Source of the DNA: Raillietiella orientalis
Taxonomy: Eukaryota
NCBI GenBank assembly: GCA_036172245.1
Contig: JAYWIR010000037.1
Span: forward strand, 1,612,001 to 1,676,000
Direction: 5' to 3'
Length of the DNA: 64,000 bases
The position numbers were made by a program, and so were the translations under genes. Shown piece by piece: positions 55,001-64,000 of the stretch (its first letter is position 1; each line of letters begins with the position of its first letter). The notes beneath the pieces are model-generated. The model was given only the letters and a program-made list of their open reading frames with translations. It was not told the DNA's origin and did no database searches.

Positions 55001-57581
55001 TAGATTCAGCTCTGGGAACATTGTCCTGTCGAAAACAAATTCCTCACGCGTTTTTCGACCTTGTGAACGACAGATCAGTTCGAATGGATTTTGAAGTCGC
55101 TTTCACCATGGATTGCATTTTGGGGATTCGTACCGGCATTGAACCTGAAATCATCTGAATCAGGAATCTGAGCGACTTGGAGATTTTTGCGACCACCAAA
55201 CACATGTTGATCCCAGAAGTGTCGGGTTGAAAACTGACACCAACGAGAGTGTGAACTTTACGGGGATAGCTCATATCCTCTCTCCCCCCCTCCCCCTTCA
55301 TTAAGCCTCCCTAATTTCATAAAGGGAAATCAAGGGTAACGGAGTTTCTCACTGATATTATCGCCGGAAGAAAAGCTTTAGATTCTCAGAGTGCGTTGCG
55401 AGCCCAATTGGCAAGTTGGCTGCTCAAGTTCTGATCAGCGTTTTTGAACGAGAAGGAATCCGTGACATGCATACATAAAGACTTCATGAGTTCCTCAAAG
55501 ATTGGCTGGATGAGCATGAAGCACGTTACATGAAACCTGAAGCCGATGAAAGTAGGAGCAACGAACGATGCCATTCGTCCTCTTTACTTTCTTTTGGCTC
55601 ATGCTTTCGAGGTCCCGACTTGTTTTGAATGAGGGATGGATGAATTACCTCAGCTTCCATTAAGGTTTGTGCTCACGCATGCCTTCCTTTCGTTTAAGAA
55701 CACAGAGGTGAAGCAGAACTTACCATTTGGTGTCATTCTGAGCAACCAAACGTTGGTGCTCCAAAAAGTAAATCCTGGGAGCTCAGGGAATTACATGTGT
55801 TTTGCTGAAAACACGGAAGGGAAAGGGAACAGCTCATTCCTCAACCTGAACGTCCAGTGTAAGTTGAAAGTTGCCATTCCGCGTAGTGGACACAGGAGAA
55901 TCCGAGCCTCTTTTTTTTTGTGAGCCGAATCTTCCAGATTCCCCAGTGTGCAGCCCCAAGCTGAAGACATCGTACGGAGTGCCCATAGGACTAAAGACCG
56001 AAATACTTTGCGAAGTGGAAGCAGAGCCAGAAAAAATAGCTTTCCGCTGGGCATTCAACAACTCCGTGGAACTGATTGCATTGCCATCTCATTCGTTCAC
56101 GCAAAAGGACCGGAAGAGCGTCCTCACGTATCAACCGAATTCTGAATACGATTACGGAACGATCATGTGTTGGGGAGGAAATACATTAGGATGGCAAAGC
56201 TCCCCATGCGTCTTCTCTGTCTTCCAAGCTGGTCAGAAACTACTAACCACGCCTTTTCCATCCCTAAATTTTATTTTTGGCTTTTTTCTCATCTAAGGAC
56301 CTCCAGAAATGTTGATCAACTGCCGTGTTAATAACATGACGGCGGAGATCTGGTCAGTGAAGTGTGATGAAAGGCATTTCTTCAGAAAGTTGGCCGAGAC
56401 GTATGTTGCGGAAGTGTACGACATTTCCACGGCGGAACTCATCGGGAACAAGAGCTCTGCGCTCCCTTACTTCGAGTTCAAGAACCTGGGAAACAGGGTA
56501 GATTACCTTGTGAATCTCTTCGTCGTCAACGATATAGGAAGGAGTTCCATCGTCACTCTGGAAATTTCCTCCCCGAAGTCAGCTGCAAAGCTCTCTGGTA
56601 AATGCAATTTTGCCTCTTTCTAATGCTTGCGGAGGACGAAAACCGAACTCCAACTTATTCCCGGAAAAAGATCCCCGCCGCCCTTCGTGTATACCACCAT
56701 CTTACTTCTTCATCTACACTTATTGGCCGCAAAGACTACATTGTAGTGACATGTACAATGAGGAATAATTGCAATTCTAAGTTCTACTTCAGCTAGCTAA
56801 GATACACGCTCACCCACAACAAAGCTAAAACTTATTGCAACCCTGAATAAAATGACCCAGCACAGAAATGAAATGGGGAAAGCGGATTCCCTACTCTGAA
56901 TGGGTAACCTGCGGTTTCTCACGTTGGTTCAGGAGAGGATGCGTTCTAAAAAACCTTCCGGTCTCTTACTGCAAATCTTCATTTCCACTCTGGATTGCTT
57001 CCCGTGCTTGACCCACAAATTTGCTGGTAAATGACGCAAAGGATAAATAAATATAAATAATATGTAAATTTGCATGAGCAATGCAAAGGAAAGAAAGCAC
57101 AAATTCATGTGCCCTGTCGTCTACCAGTCTTTGAGCGATGGACTACCTGTTGTTTGCTCTCATTTTGGACTTCTCTTACATTCGCCAGGCTGCGGTCCCC
57201 CATATTTGCATTTGTGTTTCATTCCATGCATCTCCTTCCAGCTTCTCCACTTGAACAGTTGATGCAAGTCATTTGGTCTTTCTTTCGCTCCCAGAGTAGT
57301 ATCGGTTTCGTTTGTATCAGTACAGATTTTTTCAATTGTGCACGCTTGTGTGAAAAGCAAGTGCCTATCCGTCCGAGAAATCGTCGCTTGGTATCATGGT
57401 TACCGCGGAATGGTGCTGCTGGCTGATGAGGACAGAGAGGTGAGCATCGTGACTAGAGATTACTCAGTGCTCAAATCCACAAGGAAGTGGTTTGGCACAG
57501 ACATCCGATGATCCTGATATCACTGTGTTCAGCACCACCATGGAAACGACTCGAGAAAACTATGTGGACCTTTTTCGGTGA
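21936..57581 (+). CDS. Multi-exon Sidestep-family (nephrin-like) IgSF cell-surface protein: signal peptide, 5 Ig, FN3, TM, short cytoplasmic tail (gene span)
   Basis: Manual splicing: 21936-22033 (probable), 30815-30950, 37009-37217, 37268-37378, 40552-40755, 45107-45258, 47100-47241, 47741-47871, 55699-55858, 55938-56231, 56298-56597, ~57297-57439, 57501-57581. The ten central exons have GT-AG boundaries and matching phases. Family motifs seen: LPC..VLWYK...PIYT-YDAR, GPYTEGD.LHC, GSYPPAEITW, GDDVYFEC, SNQTLVLQ, FRWAFNNS, DYGTIMC..N.LG.Q..PC, cytoplasmic DPDI. The specific paralog cannot be assigned. Confidence 0.92.
27586..27631. repeat. (CA)12 microsatellite extended by TACACACGTGCATGCATGCATG
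   Basis: Directly visible; the 46 nt alternate pyrimidine/purine without interruption. Confidence 0.95.
30815..30950 (+). CDS. Sidestep-like exon: Ig1 (V-type) N-terminal half
   Basis: ttttaatctccag acceptor, GTAAGT donor, phase 1->2. Reads YMKTNVTEITSATMELPCFIPSLLEKKDVLVVLWYKKGDSVPIYT. This frame is absent from the ORF track. Confidence 0.92.
37009..37217 (+). CDS. Sidestep-like exon: Ig1 C-terminal half
   Basis: cattccag acceptor, GTAAGT donor, phase 2->1. Reads YDARNRAFNDG...LIIKDVREEDAGEYICRTDYAESYTRYTVTTVHVI, with the D-x-G-x-Y-x-C Ig motif. Confidence 0.95.
37268..37378 (+). CDS. Sidestep-like exon: Ig2 N-terminal half
   Basis: Follows a 50-nt intron; cttacag acceptor, GTGTGT donor, phase 1->1. 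Reads LPEYPVITSSGGSELHYHAGPYTEGDMLHLHCEVQG(G). Confidence 0.92.
40552..40755 (+). CDS. Sidestep-like exon: Ig2 C-terminal half
   Basis: ttttcctcattgtag acceptor, GTGAGT donor, phase 1->1. Reads RPMPNLMWFLGDSMIDDSY...LSRDAFNKSITCSASNTDLHPPRVSSVLINMY. Confidence 0.95.
45107..45258 (+). CDS. Sidestep-like exon: Ig3 N-terminal half
   Basis: cttgctttcaaaag acceptor, GTAAGA donor, phase 1->0. Reads (L)KPISVYIVDKERKLSANRRHVLECRSQGSYPPAEITWLEEGEVVDNRSRH. Confidence 0.93.
47100..47241 (+). CDS. Sidestep-like exon: Ig3 C-terminal half
   Basis: cattttccag acceptor, GTAAGC donor, phase 0->1. Reads INGSKESVSWMEFMASISDDGKKISCQARNAKIPNEFIEDVITLDIA. Confidence 0.93.
47741..47871 (+). CDS. Sidestep-like exon: Ig4 N-terminal half
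   Basis: cttctttttctag acceptor, GTATTA donor, phase 1->0. Reads (Y)KPLVKVRMGNSLHPGSIKLGDDVYFECEVESNPPPIKITWKHE. Absent from the ORF track. Confidence 0.94.
53125..53195. repeat. Two adjacent short tandem duplications (ATTTTAGCTACAT x2; CTGAGGACA x2)
   Basis: Directly visible in intron 47872-55698. Confidence 0.75.
55699..55858 (+). CDS. Sidestep-like exon: Ig4 C-terminal half
   Basis: cctttcgtttaag acceptor, GTAAGT donor, phase 0->1. Reads NTEVKQNLPFGVILSNQTLVLQKVNPGSSGNYMCFAENTEGKGNSSFLNLNVQ. Confidence 0.94.
55938..56231 (+). CDS. Sidestep-like exon: Ig5
   Basis: Follows a 79-nt intron; cttccag acceptor, GTCAGA donor, phase 1->1. Reads (Y)SPVCSPKLKTSYGV...EILCEVEAEP..IAFRWAFNNS...DYGTIMCWGGNTLGWQSSPCVFSVFQA. 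Confidence 0.95.
56298..56597 (+). CDS. Sidestep-like exon: fibronectin type III domain
   Basis: Follows a 66-nt intron; tttctcatctaag acceptor, GTAAAT donor, phase 1->1. Reads (G)PPEMLINCRVNNMT...VKC...YVAEVYD...PYFEFKNL...YLVNLFVVNDIGRS. Confidence 0.92.
57297..57439 (+). CDS. Probable transmembrane/juxtamembrane exon of the Sidestep-like gene (5' boundary uncertain)
   Basis: Frame VVSVSFVSVQIFSIVHACVKSKCLSVREIVAWYHGYRGMVLLADEDRE: a hydrophobic stretch followed by basic KSK, ending at a GTGAGC donor in phase 0 that joins the DPDI exon. The best CAG acceptor (ending 57294) is out of phase with the FN3 exon. Confidence 0.6.
57501..57581 (+). CDS. Terminal cytoplasmic exon of the Sidestep-like gene
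   Basis: Follows a 61-nt GTGAGC..CACAG intron (57440-57500). Reads TSDDPDITVFSTTMETTRENYVDLFR-TGA. DPDI resembles the (N/D)PDII motif I recall from arthropod Sidestep-family tails. Confidence 0.7.
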   Translation, partial: TSDDPDITVFSTTMETTRENYVDLFR

Positions 57582-58549
57582 CGAGACAGGGCATCAGCGC
57601 TTATAAGTTAACACTAAAGATGAAAAGCCGAGATGAATGTTGAGTAGAGACAAAAGCATACGGGTACATCTGTGATGATGCTTGTGGGTTTCATTGTGTT
57701 ACTCACCATCTTCAATGAATCGAAAGGGTTTCGGACTATTTCACTGGAACAATGGTCATTTGGAAAAAGGTCACAAAAAGTAAACTTCTAATGCTAATAG
57801 ATTTAGGTCGGGCGAATTTTATGAGACGAAAAGTTTCTCAAGATGTATTTATTTCTACGTACTAAATTGTATTTCTATGTATGAGTCTTTGAAAATCTTT
57901 TTCGAAGATCATTTCTTTTCGATGCTTTTCTTCAGAAGCAGTTACTTTTTTGATGACTTCATTTTTGGATAAGAGAATAGCATTTTATGATCAGCATCAT
58001 CTCAATTCTTACGCAGTCAGGCATCCTATCATAGTCGCTATCAAAAGGGTTATATGACCACTACACTTTACGATCTTTACTCCATCTTCGTGACCTTTCC
58101 CATGCGCCCATATCCATCGTATGGAAATGCAGGGAAACGATCTTTGTCGTGGTCTTCAAGTGCAAAGGAAGGCCAGTTGGTTTTCAACGCATGGATACGC
58201 AAGACCTTTCGTGCTGACACGCGTCCAGAGAAACCAAGCAAAAGATAGCCCAGATGGTACCCTCAAAGAACGGCAAGGGTGACTGGATTTTTGGGGTGGC
58301 TCGTTTGTTTGTTTGGCTGCAAACATGCAATACGTGAAAACATTTTTGGTTGCTCGCGGAAGACTCGACTCCCGACTCCCATGCCTACCGATGATGAAGT
58401 CTTTTCTAAATAGGCCAGTAGAGTAGTTACTATTGGTCCGGATGAAGGAAATCCTTTGGGGCTATCTCGCTGTTTTTCTTCCAACTCTTTTTTTGGGTGG
58501 AGGGGGGTCTTATTTTGGGGTGGTTCGTCAAGTGCTGAAGAACTCCTGT

Positions 58550-59190
58550 CTCCTTAGGGGGGACCCACGGAACTCTTTAAAGCTGTCCATGCCACACGAG
58601 GATGTTGACTCTTCAAGATAGAGGGTACTTCTGGGGGGGACCATCCTATGAATCCAGAAAGGGATCCAGAGGAAAAAGTCCATTCTTCTCATGCTTGGTA
58701 GGGAATCCTGGTTGTCTCCGAAGGGAATCCGAATGGAAAATCTTCCTTATTCTCTCCGGAGGGACCGCCATAGGCGGCCGCTCCATGATTTCTTCTCTGA
58801 AGGGAACTTGGAAAGGATCCGCTTCTGGAATTTCTTTTCCGGAGGGAACCGTTCCTTTAAAAAGAACCCCGAAGGGAGCAGAACACTTCTTGACCTCTAG
58901 AGAGATCTACCCATCTGCTCCATAGTGCTCCATGGTCCTCCTCAGTGGGGATGACTCCATTTTCACAGCCGCAGGGGAAACCCGAGAGGAACCGACTCCT
59001 CGAATCCTGGAAGGAACCCAAAGGGTTCTAATCCTGGCGAGTCAAGGGGGTGCCGGATTGTACCGGTGCCGCACCCGAAGTCGGGAGAACTCGAAACCCA
59101 TTTATCGGCGTCGATCCAACCTCGGGAGATTCGAACCCGCAGCGCTCGATTTCCACGCGCGAAGACCGACCGTGGCAACGCGGCCTCCAA
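58550..59190 (-). mobile_element. GC-rich repeat-laden element with a tRNA-like head (possible SINE or non-autonomous element)
   Basis: On the - strand, 59188-59120 reads GGAGGCCGCGTTGCCACGGTCGG...GCTGCGGGTTCGAATCTCCCG, with a Pol III B-box-like GGTTCGAATC at 59137-59128. The body carries about a dozen degenerate RRGG(G)A(A/T)CC motifs. No TSD or TIR identified. Confidence 0.35.
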
Positions 59191-62100
59191 CCCGCGCAAA
59201 GTAACATGACTCAGCTGATTCGGACGTTACTACGTCACGTAAGAATCCGGAGGGATAACATTCATGTGCAATTAGGACCTTTTTAACAGGTGAGGATGGA
59301 AAGGAAGGCAGTTTGCATATGAAGAGGATGAATTCTGGCCATCATGAATTTTTATTTATCTTTGTTGAAAAACCTGAATTTTTCAACGCCGCTTTCTTGA
59401 CCCAGCCCAGCCCTCTTGGGCCAACTGCTTGGATTTTTCTCTTTTGTATGTTGAAAGAATCAAAGTTGCAGGAGATCTTGAATGAAAGGAACTTCATCCT
59501 TCACAACATAATGTGTCTGCTATGAAAACTTCCATGAAGAAATGTTGCGTCTCTGCTGCAGTGAGTTAATACCAGAGCTCCTCCAGACGCATGCCAGAAA
59601 TCAACTCACCATCCAAACTTGCCGTTGCAACTCACCGTTGTCACTGGCTGAGCAAGCTTTCCGAATTTCTCGGACGGCTTTGTTCTGAGAAAACTGTACA
59701 ACAGTACTGTGTCCCTTTTCTCACTTGGATTTTCGCTCTTCGTCTTTGTTTTTTTTTTTTTTTGGCTCCGTTTTCCACGGTCGTGAAGAGGCAGCTCTTG
59801 TGTTCGAAACTGCAATGCGCATCAGATCACGTATTGCTCGAGATGTGGAAGGAGGGATAGCGGAGAAGACTCGCAAACTCAGTCCGACAGACGCAATTGC
59901 CATCACTTGCTTCCGTTGCGCGCCCCTCTGAAGGAAGGGAAACTTGAAAGAAAATTCTCCGGGAAGCTTTCTCCCCGACTATCCGAAATCCCGGGGACGG
60001 CCAGCGGAAACGCGCGCAGGTTGCATCAAAGGAAAAACTGCTGCTCGTCTTTACAAAGAAGTAATCAATGAATACCAGCAGCACTTTTTTTTAAATTCAC
60101 TATTCTGATAGTTTTCTGAATCAGAGGAAAATAGGATAACTGATTTATCGACAAACTGGGATTCGCTGCCTTCCCTTGGGTTCGTTAGGCCACAACATTG
60201 AGGATTGCTCTGCATGCACGGAATGGATAGAAGCCCAGAAGCACTTAGAATTTCGGTCGTGTCAGACCCAGCTATTTTCTCTAGAGAAATCGCAGACCCG
60301 CCAGGTCGATCTCCCCCATTCTCCATTGCTTTGAAAGTGGGAGTCAGCTGACTCAAGGAGTCCAAACCCCGCTTCGTATTTTCATCCGAGCTACGCGCAA
60401 TCTCGAGATTCTGTGCTGATTGCGTGTCCACTCTCAATCTCTTGTCGCCTCATCTGATAGATCCGACCGCCTCGCCGTCTTCCCAGGTCGAATTTTTCTC
60501 CATTCGGGCTGCTTCTCTGTTTCAGGAAAAGCTTCTCTAAAATCTTGAAACTTGCGTGAAGTCTGACTTCTTTCTGAGCTCTTTTCCTTCGCCTCCTATG
60601 CGATTTTTGGACATTTGGGACTCAGTATATTTCATTGGAACCTACTGAAATTCTACAAGGAGCTCCATGGGAGCAGAGTTTGCAAATTCAGGAGATGAAA
60701 CTCTTTTAGAGAAAAAAGAATCGGAAGTGGGAAGCAGTGAAAATGAAGCAGGAATTCGCTTGCTTCCTGCCGCACCAACTAAATCTCCTATTGCGCGTGC
60801 CATGCTGCTGCATTTGTTCCACCTTAACCCGAAAGCTCAATGCAAAGAGGCTTCCTCCTTTTTTCCTTGAGTAGCTGCTTTTGGGATATCACGTGGCTCT
60901 GGAGTGGAATTCTTCTTCCTTTCTGCGGAGAGCTGTGTTCTCACACACATCTCCCGAACTCTCATTAGAGATTTCTATTAGAGACCGTGTCAAACTTATG
61001 TTGCTTACATTCTGCTCCTCCTTCGACAGCACATTTGATGGTCACCGACCGTCCATATGGTAACGGCTCACGGGAACGAATTGCGACCAAGGAATGCCGT
61101 AAAGAAACTTTGCTTGGAAACTTTGGTTCGCTTTTTGAAAAGCTGGCTACGTTCTTCGTTGGTGGGGGAGGAGGACAGTTGTTCTAGTTTTCAACTAGCA
61201 ACGATCACAGTTGTGTTAGAAAGCACAGAATCAGCGGTGATTTATTACTTCTCACGGATGTCCTTCATCCGATTGAGAAACTGATTTCTTCTCTGTGAGT
61301 GCCATAAATTCATTCTGCTGCCACCAAAAGCATCACTGGCTCTGTGGAAGTAGTGCGTTTTGACGTCAAGAGATTGCCATCGTCCTCACGCGTCCCTCAT
61401 ATGAATATTTCACATCAAAAAGCATTAACATTTGAGCATCCGCATGTTGGGTATCCATTGCCTCGTCATCAAAATCGAAATGTGCCATCTAAAATCACGA
61501 CGAAAATATGGCCGACTTCTTTTGCAATCAGCGGTGACTTTAGTAAGTCCGTAAACAGAACTCTCCAAGCACCCCTAACCTAATGTCAAGAGCTCTTTGG
61601 CTTATGGATGTTATTCTAACTGAAACCATCCAGAATAAACTGGTTTGATTGTGACTTCATTGCTATAATTTCAAGTGCCCAATGTGTTGGGAGGCTACCT
61701 TATTCGCGAGCCATGTGGACATCGACTCGAGCAAACACACAACGCAGGGCTGCTATCTTTCTCAAACATCTCCAGTCTCAGGCATCTCTAGTCCTTTTCT
61801 GATGATTTATGGTTACCACGCGTGTTCTGCTTTTCGCCTCTGAAACTCTTCACCTCCTTAGCTAACTTGGAAGATTCAGTCTCTCTTTCGCCATCCACGT
61901 ACTCATTATGCTTATTTCTGCCTTAGGGAAAGATCGGACTCTCTAAAATTGGATTTGCAGGCAGCTAAAAGAACAGACCAGTCAGCACTCGTACAGTTGG
62001 TCTGGGACTCGTGCACTTGGTCACAGCTTTCGTGCCTTCCGAAACGGCGTGCTTAGCCCATTCTCCGGCAGTCCTCCGTTTGTTTGCATGTCTTCCGCAA

Positions 62101-64000
62101 CTTAGTGAAGTCGTGCGCTTGCTGAAAGACCACGCGCAAGGAGGGTGGTAAATTGGCGGTGCTGCTCTCGAAGGTGCCGTTCACACGGAATCGTTCAGGG
62201 CCGATATGACCTTGATCGAGATGTTACGTGCAGGTTCACTTCCTCCAGCACTTTGCACTGTGCAGCTCGCCCAATCCTTCCACTTCCGCTGCTTTTCTTC
62301 TCGTCTCCTTTTGCAATATTTTGCCTGTCTTACTGCTTTCCCTCTACCCATCCTCGACCCCGCTGCACCCTGCAGTGCTTCGTACGGGAACCCACAATCC
62401 CAACACCCTTCTGCCACCAACAAAAATGAATTTTAGACTGTCGGAGCTCTTCATTAAGGATGCTTGATAAATGAGCCACAAACCAACCGTTCCTTTGGGT
62501 AGCAGGAGCGTTGAATGCATCCTTCCTGGTTGTGGTATGCTCGAGAACGCGTGACCTTGTCCTGCTGTATGAGTACTGTGTGCTGCACTTCTGCATTCGA
62601 AACTTCAAGTGGTAAACTTGTCCTCTAACATAAGTGAATCAACGTCCACTTTTCACTGTAACGAATGAAGATTTCCATGCTTTTATCATCCCGAAAGAGA
62701 GCGCAAGTCTTTGAATATGTTAATCACAGACATTCTAATATTATATTGGAAGGAATGTATATTCATGTATTCTTAATATGACCTTTGATACATTCGTAAT
62801 GATGTTGTCATGCCTTTTGCGTTTTAGAGGCTTTTCACTGCCCTGAAAAATAGAAAACTGGGAGGCTTGATCTGTCGATGAAGCAGATGCATGATCTTAT
62901 GAGTTTATTCCGATCTGTCTGAATTCAGGGTTGCATTTCTCTTTCATAGTCATTTCTAGCAAATCGCATTCCTAAACTTGTTTAAAGAGAAACTCTTAGG
63001 AGTCTTTTCCAAATAGAGAATAGCTGTCCGGTTTCGTGGCAACGGAGAGACTACGTCCTCTTTGAAAATTGGTTCTGGAAGTACACCTTTCTATCTTATA
63101 AATGGAATTCTCATGCGCTTTGTACTGGGGATCCAAAGGTTTCTGCCAGAATGAACTCTGTTGATGGTTTTCTCTTTGTTCCCTTGAGGTAAAACTTTTA
63201 GATCAAATTATGCTTTCGCACTCTTCAAGAAGGATATTTGAGACTCATCCGAGAAAAGGATTCTCATCCTTGCGATCAGAGTCTGACGAATCTCCAGTTC
63301 GAAGTAATGCATCTTCAGCAGAATTCGAAACGTGTGCAAGCGCAAAGCCAACAAAACGTCAAACCGAATAACTTGCCAGTGGATAAGGGGAGACACAGAT
63401 GCTGGGATAAAGGCTGTTTCCTGATAGAGTTCCTCAAAGATTACCCGAAAAACCAGAACCTTCAAAATCTTTTAAAAATCACAAAAGTAGGCGATGAAGA
63501 AAGAAGTCCTGAAGCATACGAATACGGAAAAGTTTTCGTGTACATTTTGTAGCAGTGTTCTTTCTTCTCGGGCTAGTTAAAGTATTCATTGCTTGTCTAA
63601 AGGAGGCGAGTTTGAAAACATATGTAATGAGTTTCCCTATCCATCTATCTATGTGCACACGCACACACATGTGCATTTTTTTTTTAAAAAAAAAAGAACA
63701 TATAAGAAAGGAACTCATACTGCAGCTTCTGGGAATCAGATGTCGGTTGTATCTACTTTTTAATCTTTCCTTTTTTTTGTATTCCGTCGAGTGAACAGGG
63801 GCACGATATTTCCGAATCCATTTTTCGTCCAGTGATTCTGAGATGGCCGCACCTTTCCTGAAAGGCTAGAGCAATAGCATCAGACCTCGTTGGCACGGAA
63901 GCAAATCTTCGGTGCCAATCTTCAGAAACGACGTTTCAGATTGTTTTCGTTTCAATCTACTGTTTCGCTACTTCAGGGAATTTGAAAGAGTGGATCAATG

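Noticed and set aside
30951..55698. Dscam-style arrays of duplicated mutually exclusive Ig exons in the large introns
   Set aside because: I found no extra Ig-like exon copies by eye or in the ORF track. A tblastn of each exon against the window would settle it.
57484..57606. Alternative terminal exon using the AAG acceptor at 57483 (EVVWHRHPMIL...)
   Set aside because: It needs a 44-nt intron and loses the DPDI motif frame. The CAG at 57500 is preferred.
58550..59035. CRISPR-like array interpretation of the spaced motifs
   Set aside because: The repeats are only 8-10 nt, degenerate and irregularly spaced; there are no cas genes and the context is eukaryotic.
59110..59200. Functional tRNA gene
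   Set aside because: Only the B-box/T-loop is well formed; acceptor, D and anticodon stems could not be built.
63238..63552. 104-aa Q/N-rich ORF
   Set aside because: TTG start, no recognisable domain and no convincing splice boundaries.
1..64000. The great majority of the 60-160 aa ORFs in the supplied track
   Set aside because: They overlap on both strands, often start at TTG/GTG, show no recognisable domains and have homopolymer-driven F/K runs, as expected by chance in eukaryotic non-coding DNA.

Overview
Eukaryotic, intron-rich DNA, most likely arthropod (inferred from the gene family). The short ORFs in the track are mostly noise. The main feature is a + strand Sidestep-family (nephrin-like) immunoglobulin-superfamily gene, which I rebuilt by hand from splice signals. 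Ten GT-AG exons between 30815 and 56597 join in frame (1839 nt, 613 codons) and encode five Ig domains plus one FN3 domain. A probable signal-peptide exon (21936-22033), a transmembrane-like exon (about 57297-57439) and a terminal cytoplasmic exon with a DPDI motif (57501-57581) flank this core. The ectodomain frame is intact, but the signal-peptide exon and the TM exon cannot be joined in the simplest way. Possible explanations are 1-nt indels, unseen micro-exons, or alternative 3' splice sites giving soluble versus membrane-anchored forms. Other candidates are a small 3-exon orphan gene on the - strand (11608-12139), a weaker - strand spliced fragment (3404-3904), a GC-rich repeat-laden element with a tRNA-like B-box head (about 58550-59190), and simple repeats. 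I found no prokaryotic systems, CRISPR arrays, rRNA or intact transposase/RT ORFs.
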